In this document: positions 50,552 through 58,266 of the stretch, piece after piece
How the letters are laid out: every line of letters starts with the position of its first letter
Numbering within the stretch: the stretch's first letter is position 1
Source: an archaeon
Lineage (GTDB): Archaea > Asgardarchaeota > Thorarchaeia > Thorarchaeales > Thorarchaeaceae
NCBI GenBank assembly: GCA_024276825.1
Contig: JAJRWI010000069.1
Location: 53,459-117,458 of the forward strand
Length of the DNA: 64,000 nucleotides
Direction of reading: 5' to 3'
Program-made: the position numbers and the translations under genes
The notes under the pieces: generated by a model
What the model saw: only the letters and a program-made list of their open reading frames with translations
Told to the model about the DNA's origin: nothing
Databases searched by the model: none

Positions 50552-52576
50552 TTGAGCAATTTAAAAATACCTCCAGAGTTTGCCCATCTCGCTGATAGAA
50601 AGAGTATTCCATGGCAAAAGATAATTCAGAGAACCAAGAAGAAAGCAACTAAGGGGAAGTATTTCAAGGCATTTACTGACATTGTTATTGACATAGCATC
50701 AAAAGAATGCATGAAGAAGAACCCTGACTCTTCAATAATCACCTTGGGCATGGAGGCATGTCTCAATAGAAGCAGGTTTGCAGAAGCGTTATTCATATCA
50801 TCAGGCGTGAATTACATAGAAGTGCTCAGTATGCGTGCCATCGCGCTCTCTGTGATCTCCGATGCAAAGGGACTCGGAGAGGTCTATGGGATAATGGAAA
50901 AGAGCATTAATAGTGAGTCATCTCCTAGTGATCAGGTCAGACTGAGTACTGTGAAGGTCATGCTGGCTGCAGCTGAACGCGATACCAGTGTGATCTTCTG
51001 CTTCATGGAATTTGACAATCTTCTCGACACATATCCGGAGCAGGTGGAGAAACCACTTACTGAAACAATGTTTACTCTATATGTGGTGGGGAACCTCCTT
51101 AATATTGTCGGGCAGATGCATAGAGCTGAGAGGATTGCAGATGCCCTGATGAATATGGCCAAGGCAAAGAAGCATCGATTATTCATGGCTCTTGCAGAGA
51201 ACCTCAAGGGCACAACCTGTGGATTGCTTGGCAAGTTTGCACAAGCGGAGGAGCACTTCAGAAAACTTCAGGAACTAAGTGAGGAGCTATCGTTCAAGCT
51301 TGGACTTGCTGTTGCCATGAATAATCTTGGAAAGATGAAGTTGAATTATATTGAACTGGAAGCCGCCTTCAACTATTTCCTGAAGGCATATGACCTAATG
51401 GACATGGACGCTCATAAACTATACTGCTTGACGAACTTGGGAGAGATCTCCGCTTTATTGGGGCATCCAGAGAGCGCATTGGAATATCTCAATCAGGCAA
51501 TTCAGCTCGACTCAAAGGTCGGGATCGGACTTGTAGAAACTTATGCATTAAAGGCCATGATCCATTCAAGAGTAGGCGATCAGACCACCGCATGGGGAAT
51601 TCTGAGGGTTGCGATACAGATTGCCGAGTCTTCCGAAAAGCCCAAAGATCAGGTCGCAGTCTTTCATGCGCAGGGCATTCTCAAAGCTGAAGAGGGAGAT
51701 ATCAATTTAGCTAATGAGATGATGACAAAGGCATTGAGTATCGCAAATGAGAAGGAGCTTTTCGAATGGTTGGTCAGGGTAGAATTGGACATAGTACGAA
51801 TCAACATTGAGAAGTATATTACTACATCTAATAAGAAGCAACTTCAGATTGCAGAGTACCATCTTTCAGATTTGATACAGATTGCTCAAGAACAGGAGTT
51901 TCAAGCGCTTTATGCTGAATGCTTGGTCCTTAGAAGTGAGATTCGTCTATGTCGAGCAAGACTGCTTGAAGCTAAGGGCGACCTTGAGAGAGCGGCAGGT
52001 CTAGCGCGACTTCTTGGCAATCAAGGAATGATTAGAGAAATCACACAAAGACTGGAAACACTAGAGATGGCTGGAGAGGAGGCTATCAGCCTTGAACCAG
52101 ATATTGTTGCAAGGATTCTGGACCGAGCATCTGCATTCAAGCCAGCAATTTATCCAAGAGAAGTTCCACTGCCAAGTATTCATGCAATTATCGCAATAAA
52201 TCGAAATTCCGGATTGCCAGAATATGTTTACTATTTCGATGAAGCAATCAGCGTGGACAGTTCGATCCTTAGTGGGTTCATCTCAGCAATCACATCATTC
52301 TCAAGTGAAATGCTTGGAGAGTCAGGATTCTTGCGGTCAATCAGCCATGAAGGATTCACATTGATGCTTGAACATACAGACATCAGGATAGTTATTCTTG
52401 TTGCCAATCGCGAGACCTTTGATGTGAGATTCAAGTTGCATAGGTTCACCAAGGAGTTTGAAGCCATGTTTCCTTCAAGTGAAGAAATCATTGAACCAGC
52501 AGAGTATTCAGAGGCAGAGAATCTTGTTAAAGGAATCTTTCTCAAGGTAGAAGAACCTGCAGAACTTTCTTTCTGA
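50552..52576 (+). CDS. TPR-repeat protein with C-terminal longin-like domain
   Basis: TPR-like helices (AMNNLG, CLTNLG); C-terminal IIAINRNSGLPEY...ILSGFISAITSFSSEM...LRSI...FTKEFEAMF. Confidence 0.8.
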   Translation: MSNLKIPPEFAHLADRKSIPWQKIIQRTKKKATKGKYFKAFTDIVIDIASKECMKKNPDSSIITLGMEACLNRSRFAEALFISSGVNYIEVLSMRAIALSVISDAKGLGEVYGIMEKSINSESSPSDQVRLSTVKVMLAAAERDTSVIFCFMEFDNLLDTYPEQVEKPLTETMFTLYVVGNLLNIVGQMHRAERIADALMNMAKAKKHRLFMALAENLKGTTCGLLGKFAQAEEHFRKLQELSEELSFKLGLAVAMNNLGKMKLNYIELEAAFNYFLKAYDLMDMDAHKLYCLTNLGEISALLGHPESALEYLNQAIQLDSKVGIGLVETYALKAMIHSRVGDQTTAWGILRVAIQIAESSEKPKDQVAVFHAQGILKAEEGDINLANEMMTKALSIANEKELFEWLVRVELDIVRINIEKYITTSNKKQLQIAEYHLSDLIQIAQEQEFQALYAECLVLRSEIRLCRARLLEAKGDLERAAGLARLLGNQGMIREITQRLETLEMAGEEAISLEPDIVARILDRASAFKPAIYPREVPLPSIHAIIAINRNSGLPEYVYYFDEAISVDSSILSGFISAITSFSSEMLGESGFLRSISHEGFTLMLEHTDIRIVILVANRETFDVRFKLHRFTKEFEAMFPSSEEIIEPAEYSEAENLVKGIFLKVEEPAELSF

Positions 52577-52630
52577 ATGCCATCTACAACAATCTTAAGT
52601 TATGATATGGTCAGTGCTATGTGAGATCAA

Positions 52631-52786
52631 ATGCAAGTAGACATGACTTTCTGGTTCATCTGGATAGGAATCTCAATGATCATCATGATTGGCAGAGCAG
52701 GCATCGCTGCATATCGGACCAAGAAAAAGAGAAATGAGTTAAGAGAGGCTGAGAAGAAATATACCCCCCTCACTAGAAACATCTAA
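52631..52786 (+). CDS. Small single-TM protein (51 aa)
   Basis: My translation MQVDMTFWFIWIGISMIIMIGRAGIAAYRTKKKRNELREAEKKYTPLTRNI; TM followed by a basic patch; GTGAG upstream; below the track cutoff. Confidence 0.6.
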   Translation: MQVDMTFWFIWIGISMIIMIGRAGIAAYRTKKKRNELREAEKKYTPLTRNI

Positions 52787-53271
52787 GTTGTTTCAGAAAC
52801 AGGCTGTTCATTGGACATTAGTGAGTCATACATCGGTAGAAGAATGTCTCTGGTTGGAGCTATGTTCATGACAACATCAAGAACTTCATTATTTCTCATT
52901 AGAATGCATCCCAAAAATTCGTATTCGAACTTGTCAAGTCGGATATTCACTCCGCGTCTCGGGATCTGAGTCAATAGAAGGATTATCTTGAAGTTTCCCC
53001 TCGGCAACTGGTTCAGAATTCCGCGTTTCATATCAGGCTCTAGTTCTTCCTCGAGCTGACGTGTTACAACGCCACGTTCAATGAAGTTATAGCGAATTCT
53101 TTCAAAGTCCCCTGATGCGCTCTTTTTTGGTCGAATGAATGAAATCGAATAACCAAGACGCTTTAGAGAATTGTAGCCTATTGTTGTCCTATAAAGTGGA
53201 GGACAGACAGGCTCCAGTTCTACTTTACGTAATTCAACAATCTCCCCGTTTTGGCGTACTTTCAGGTTCAT
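52783..53271 (-). CDS. Hypothetical protein (162 aa)
   Basis: ORF with GATGTGA RBS-like sequence; no motif recognised. Confidence 0.7.
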   Translation of the reverse strand: MNLKVRQNGEIVELRKVELEPVCPPLYRTTIGYNSLKRLGYSISFIRPKKSASGDFERIRYNFIERGVVTRQLEEELEPDMKRGILNQLPRGNFKIILLLTQIPRRGVNIRLDKFEYEFLGCILMRNNEVLDVVMNIAPTRDILLPMYDSLMSNEQPVSETT

Positions 53272-53359
53272 TCGATCACATCCATCCTACTGGTCCCTGC
53301 ATATATTATGGATATATTAGGGATAAAGGATATGGGAAAAGAATCCGCGAATTTAGGGA

Positions 53360-53869
53360 TTAATTAATTGCTCCTTCTTTTCTTAGCAGTCTGGCTTTCA
53401 TTTCAAGACCAAGTCCATATCCGCCCAATCCATCCGATGCAATGACTCTGTGGCAGGGAATTAAAGGGGCAAATCTGTTTTTAGCCATAACATTACCTGC
53501 AAATCTGGCAGCCCTAGGCAAGCCAGCCGCATTTGCCAGCTCGCCATAAGTGATCGTCTTGCCTGCAGGAACATTGAGAAGTGTCTTTAGTATTTTCACT
53601 TCCTTCTCGGTCAAGTCAGAGAAGTCAAACATCAGTGATCTTTCATTTATGGTCTTGCCATCCATTGCATCGAAGATCAAATCGCATATTTTCAGATGTT
53701 CAGGGTTGTCCGAAATTGGCAGTTCAGAGGCGTTCACTGCTCTCAGGGCTTCTTTTTCACTGCCACGCGGCAATGATGAATGATAGATTCCCCCTGATGT
53801 GAACACGACTGCTACATATTGCTGACCTCTTCGTTGAACTGCCACAACTCTTTCAGACATGATCTTCAC
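53360..53869 (-). CDS. ogt: Methylated-DNA--protein-cysteine methyltransferase
   Basis: VPAGKTITYGELA, AARFAG, active-site PCHRV, GLGGY. Confidence 0.93.
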   Translation of the reverse strand: MKIMSERVVAVQRRGQQYVAVVFTSGGIYHSSLPRGSEKEALRAVNASELPISDNPEHLKICDLIFDAMDGKTINERSLMFDFSDLTEKEVKILKTLLNVPAGKTITYGELANAAGLPRAARFAGNVMAKNRFAPLIPCHRVIASDGLGGYGLGLEMKARLLRKEGAIN

Positions 53870-53886
53870 CTGAATTGACCAAAGAT

Positions 53887-54759
53887 CTATTTTATTGATT
53901 TCCAGTGCTTCTTCAGTACAAATCCAAGAATAGAGCTTAGTTCGGGATCACTCTTCTTGGTTCCTATGTGAGACCAGCCGCCATCTGCATTCTGAGACTC
54001 GATAATGATCTTGATACCATTTCTGATGACTTCAGCTTCGCGCTTGTTCTTTGGTTCGTCAATGGCTAACAAGTCAACCATATCACATGTCGAGCCAGAT
54101 TCAACTGCACTCTGCAGGTGGTGAAACAGAGCTGCACGTCCATCCCTGTACACCTTGTCATTCTCATCAACACCAACTGCCTGAAGCGCTGCAATGATGT
54201 TTCCGGTGGCAAGAGGGTCTGAAATATCTTGGCCTTCATAGTTTGGCCAATGACCATCCTCATGCTGTTTGTATACAAGGAAGTCTCGGGCCCGGCGAAG
54301 ACGCTCAATATCATTAAATCCTGCAAGACATAAAGCCTCCAACGCCTTGCCGGTCAGCCAAGTCAGACTGACACCAACAGGGAACCACTCACGGTCTTCG
54401 CCCCATTTGTCTGCAATAAACGGGTCTAGATTCAGAGCCTCTGCAAAACCGCCATCGCCCTTTTGACGTGATACAAGGAATTCAATCATCTTGTCGATTA
54501 ATTCTTTGTGAGAATCCTTGAACTTTGAAATTAGGGTGAGGACTTCAGCTGTGTCCTTTACGCAACTGGGATTACCTGGCACCATATCGAAAGGAATGCC
54601 ACCATCTGGATTCAACAAGTCTTCAATCTCTGATAGAATGCTGTTAATCTCGTCCTTTGACTTCACATAGCTAGCTGCTATGAGACGCAATTTGTCAGAG
54701 ACTTTTCCATTATTCATTATGAATTTCTTTAGATCGTAATGTAAATTTACATCTGGCAT
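53887..54759 (-). CDS. Prenyltransferase/squalene-cyclase repeat (alpha-alpha barrel) protein
   Basis: Repeated QxxDGxW/F motifs: LNPDGGI, QKGDGGF, QHEDGHW, QNADGGW. Confidence 0.8.
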   Translation of the reverse strand: MPDVNLHYDLKKFIMNNGKVSDKLRLIAASYVKSKDEINSILSEIEDLLNPDGGIPFDMVPGNPSCVKDTAEVLTLISKFKDSHKELIDKMIEFLVSRQKGDGGFAEALNLDPFIADKWGEDREWFPVGVSLTWLTGKALEALCLAGFNDIERLRRARDFLVYKQHEDGHWPNYEGQDISDPLATGNIIAALQAVGVDENDKVYRDGRAALFHHLQSAVESGSTCDMVDLLAIDEPKNKREAEVIRNGIKIIIESQNADGGWSHIGTKKSDPELSSILGFVLKKHWKSIK

Positions 54760-54896
54760 TAGTAGACAACACCTCCGGAATCACGAGTCAAAAGTCCTAT
54801 CGTGGATGGATATAAAATTCAGCAATTACTTCAACCCTTCCAAGTAATATGCAATGATATACTCACAGCTAGACTTAAAGATTGCTCGAATAACCA

Positions 54897-55157
54897 TCAA
54901 TCTTCAGATTCAAAATGCTCTAGAATGGCCTTACGCCGTTCTCGCTTCTCATCCTCGCTTAACTCTTCCCTACGGACATCGACATCCTCTATGATAACAA
55001 TCTTTTCACGAGGTGAGTGTTGAACCTTCTGTTCAACCTTGTACTTTGTAGAACCGAGCTTGCGCTCATGTCCACATTCACGACAGACAAGAACAGGTTT
55101 TTTCCCTTGCTGCTTTTTGGGCAACATCAAGGCGCCGCATTTCTCACAGAATTCCAC
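54897..55157 (-). CDS. TFS/RpoM-like protein with only the N-terminal Zn ribbon
   Basis: MEFCEKCGALMLP...LVCRECGHE; no second ribbon and no QxRSADE motif. Confidence 0.8.
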   Translation of the reverse strand: MEFCEKCGALMLPKKQQGKKPVLVCRECGHERKLGSTKYKVEQKVQHSPREKIVIIEDVDVRREELSEDEKRERRKAILEHFESED

Positions 55158-55399
55158 TGTATGAAACCCCCATGAAGGTCTTCGTGCACGTGTATCATCT
55201 TAATTTAAGGTTGACGTTTGTGAACAAATACTAGTATTTTACACTCATAAACGAAACTATGATGTCATTTTTGCTATTCACAAAAGAATAATAATATCAT
55301 CAATATCGGGCAGCACAGGCTCGCATGACAGCTTGCAAACAAGACTGGGCTGTCTTGGTGGGTAAAAAAGCAAAAGAAAGCCTTGGGAAGGTTAAAACA

Positions 55400-56731
55400 A
55401 TGGTTAGGGTAGTGCCATTCAAAGCATATAGGTATGACCCAAATAAGGTCGGGGATATTGCGAAAGTCGTTGCCCCACCTTATGATATCATAAAGGGTGA
55501 GAAGATTGACTGGTTTCAGTCATTGTCTGAGTATAATATTGCATGGATAATTAAGAACAAACCTCAGGATTGTGATACAGAAACCAACAATCAGTACACA
55601 AGGGCAAAAGAGTATCTTGACAAATGGATAGAGGATGGCGTTCTTAAACAGGATGACAGAGATGCATTCTATGTCTATGGTCAAGACTTTGAGATCGAAG
55701 GCAGGAAGTATTTCAGATTTGGATTCATTGGGCTGATCAAACTTGAAGAGTTTGCCAAGGAAGCACCCAAGGATGGCAAGTTTGCAGGAGTACTCCAGCA
55801 TGAGGAAACATTGCCCAAAGATATTGAAGATAGGCTGAACCTTTCAAGAGCCACAATGGCACAGTTTGGGCTCATTTTCGTAATTTATCCTGATCATGAG
55901 CGAACAGTTGATTCGATTCTTGAAAAGCACATGAAGAATGACCCTATAATTGACATCACAGACAATGAAGGGGTCAGACATCGTATCTGGATGATTAACA
56001 ATGGACAGGACACAAAAAGAATCTCAGATCTCATGGAGGACAAGTACGTCATCATTGCTGATGGACATCATAGATACAAGACTGCCTTGGCATTGTCCAA
56101 GGAGAACCCAGACCTTGAAACCGCAAAATACAGAATGATGACTTTCGTAAATATATCAAATCCTGGACTTGTCATCCTTCCAACTCACAGGTTGGTCCAA
56201 AATCTCGAGGACTTCTCGCGAGAGAGGTTGTTGAATGAAGTCAAGATGTATTTCAAAGTTCATGAGTTTGATAACAAGGAAGCAATGTTCAACTTGATGA
56301 GAGAGGACTTTGAGGTGGGCAAGCATAGTTTCGGTCTGTTCATGAATGATGGCAAATTCTATGCTCTGACACTCAAGGACCCCAACATCATGAACTCTGT
56401 TCTTCCTGACAAGTCCGAAGCCCATAGACGACTTGATGTGGCAATCTTACATTCATTGATCCTTGACAAGGTTCTTGGGATTGACAAGGAAAAGTTGGCT
56501 CAGGGAACTATCAAAGGAGGAGGCTATGTTAGCTACATCAAGGGAATAGGTGATGCAGTTGACGAGTCAATAAGAGCAGTCAAGAATGGGGCTCAAGCAG
56601 TCTTTTTCATGAACCCAACACGTATTTCTGAGGTAGAGGAGGTCTCGAGAAGCTTCGAGGTCATGCCTCAAAAGAGCACTTTCTTCCAACCCAAGGTCTG
56701 GACAGGTTTTACGATAAACAAACTCAAGTGA
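55400..56731 (+). CDS. DUF1015 family protein
   Basis: PFKAYR, APPYDII, HEETL, IADGHHRY, ILPTHR, MPQKSTFFQPK; start set at ATG 55400. Confidence 0.92.
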   Translation: MVRVVPFKAYRYDPNKVGDIAKVVAPPYDIIKGEKIDWFQSLSEYNIAWIIKNKPQDCDTETNNQYTRAKEYLDKWIEDGVLKQDDRDAFYVYGQDFEIEGRKYFRFGFIGLIKLEEFAKEAPKDGKFAGVLQHEETLPKDIEDRLNLSRATMAQFGLIFVIYPDHERTVDSILEKHMKNDPIIDITDNEGVRHRIWMINNGQDTKRISDLMEDKYVIIADGHHRYKTALALSKENPDLETAKYRMMTFVNISNPGLVILPTHRLVQNLEDFSRERLLNEVKMYFKVHEFDNKEAMFNLMREDFEVGKHSFGLFMNDGKFYALTLKDPNIMNSVLPDKSEAHRRLDVAILHSLILDKVLGIDKEKLAQGTIKGGGYVSYIKGIGDAVDESIRAVKNGAQAVFFMNPTRISEVEEVSRSFEVMPQKSTFFQPKVWTGFTINKLK

Positions 56732-56741
56732 GGCGAAATTA

Positions 56742-57827
56742 ATGACAAAGAGAGTGTACAACTTCTATCCCGGTCCTGCAACCCTGCCTTTGCCCGCATT
56801 AAAGAGGGCACAGGAGGAGTTTCTAGACTTTCAGGGAACAGGAATGTCTGTGATTGAGATATCACACAGGTCGAAGGAATATGACGAATTGCACAACGCA
56901 GCCACTGAGCTGGTGAGAGAACTCTTGGGAGTGCCTGATGATTATAAGGTCCTTTGGCTTCAGGGGGGCGCATCAACACAGTTCTTTATGGTACCCGCAA
57001 ACCTTCAAGTCCCTGGAAAACCAATGGAATATGTGGACACGGGGACTTGGTCGACAAAGGCAATCAAGGAGGCAAAGGTCTATGGGGAGGTCAATGTTGT
57101 AGCATCTTCTGCAGATGACAAGTTTAGGCACATCCCAAAGGACATCACATTCAGTGATAATGCCGCCTATGCTCACATCACAAGCAACAACACAATCTAT
57201 GGCACTGAATATCATGAATGGCCAGATGTGCCTGATGATGTTCCATTAGTATGTGATATGTCATCAGACTTGATGGCCCGCAAGATTGACGTCAAGAGGT
57301 TTGGGGTGATTTATGCTGGAGCTCAGAAGAATCTTGGCCCTGCAGGCGTCACACTAGTTGTCATTCGTGAGGATCTGGTTAATAGGGCACCCGAGAGCCT
57401 GCCCACTCTGCTCAAATGGAGAACAGAGGTAGCTAGGAATTCACTATTCCACACGCCTCCCGTGTTTTCCATATACATGAGTAAACTGGCACTTGATTAT
57501 TGGAATGAGTTTGGAGGCGTAGCGGCCATAGAGAGAGTGAATCGCGAGAAGGCAAAAATCCTCTATGATATCATTGACAAATCAAATGGCTTTTACAAGG
57601 GACATGCAAGGAAGGACTCCAGGTCATTGATGAATGTCACATTTAGACTTGAAACTGAAGAATTAGAGGCCAAGTGTGTTGAAGAGGGCAGAAAACGAAA
57701 CCTCATTGGACTCAAGGGACACAGGTCTGTTGGCGGCATGAGGGCCTCTATCTACAATGCTATGACCCTAGAAGGTGTAAAGGCTTTGGCTGAATTCATG
57801 ATGGAGTTCATGGAAGAGAATCAGTAA
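56742..57827 (+). CDS. serC: Phosphoserine aminotransferase (bacterial type)
   Basis: YNFYPGPA, EISHRS, LQGGAS, NNTIYG, DMSSD, AGAQKNLGPAG, GHRSVGGMRASIYNA. Confidence 0.96.
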   Translation: MTKRVYNFYPGPATLPLPALKRAQEEFLDFQGTGMSVIEISHRSKEYDELHNAATELVRELLGVPDDYKVLWLQGGASTQFFMVPANLQVPGKPMEYVDTGTWSTKAIKEAKVYGEVNVVASSADDKFRHIPKDITFSDNAAYAHITSNNTIYGTEYHEWPDVPDDVPLVCDMSSDLMARKIDVKRFGVIYAGAQKNLGPAGVTLVVIREDLVNRAPESLPTLLKWRTEVARNSLFHTPPVFSIYMSKLALDYWNEFGGVAAIERVNREKAKILYDIIDKSNGFYKGHARKDSRSLMNVTFRLETEELEAKCVEEGRKRNLIGLKGHRSVGGMRASIYNAMTLEGVKALAEFMMEFMEENQ

Positions 57828-57835
57828 GAAGCACA

Positions 57836-57871
57836 GGGAGAGGTCTTTAGACTTTTCTCCCCCTTTTTCTT
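57836..57871 (+). terminator. Hairpin plus U-tract terminator after serC
   Basis: GGGAGAGGTC-TTTA-GACTTTTCTCCC then CCTTTTTCTT. Confidence 0.6.
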
Positions 57872-58233
57872 CATGACTTGTTCTTGATGAATTTTTTAAC
57901 AGCAGATTCCATTCGTTTCCTCAGTTCAGGGATATGCTCTGGACTAAGGGGGTTGTTGTAATTTCGGCTCATTATTGTACCATTTACATTCACGCCGAGA
58001 TTGCGAATGCCATGTTCTTCGAAGAAAGTTTTGAGTGTAGATGATATCGGAATGAGTACCCCGCGGGGAAGCTTGCTGGAGAGGAGATCAGGGCAGCATT
58101 TGCAATCCAATAGGATTATGGTATGACTATCATCGATCAGCACCTCAATAATGATGTCTTTGTTCTTGCCAATGATTAGTGGAAACTTTGCCAGATGTGT
58201 CATTTTTGACATTCTTGCTAGGGACTCACACAC
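57871..58233 (-). CDS. Hypothetical protein (120 aa)
   Basis: ORF downstream of the S8 gene; contains DCKCC; start uncertain. Confidence 0.65.
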   Translation of the reverse strand: MCESLARMSKMTHLAKFPLIIGKNKDIIIEVLIDDSHTIILLDCKCCPDLLSSKLPRGVLIPISSTLKTFFEEHGIRNLGVNVNGTIMSRNYNNPLSPEHIPELRKRMESAVKKFIKNKS

Positions 58234-58266
58234 ATTAAAACAATATCATGATGAATCTAAGTCATA

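Noticed and set aside
55319-55363. Eukaryote-like SECIS element (ATGA...AAA stem-loop)
   Set aside because: The 3' strand lacks the GA of the kink-turn quartet, it lies 5' of a gene, and no adjacent gene has an in-frame TGA at a redox site
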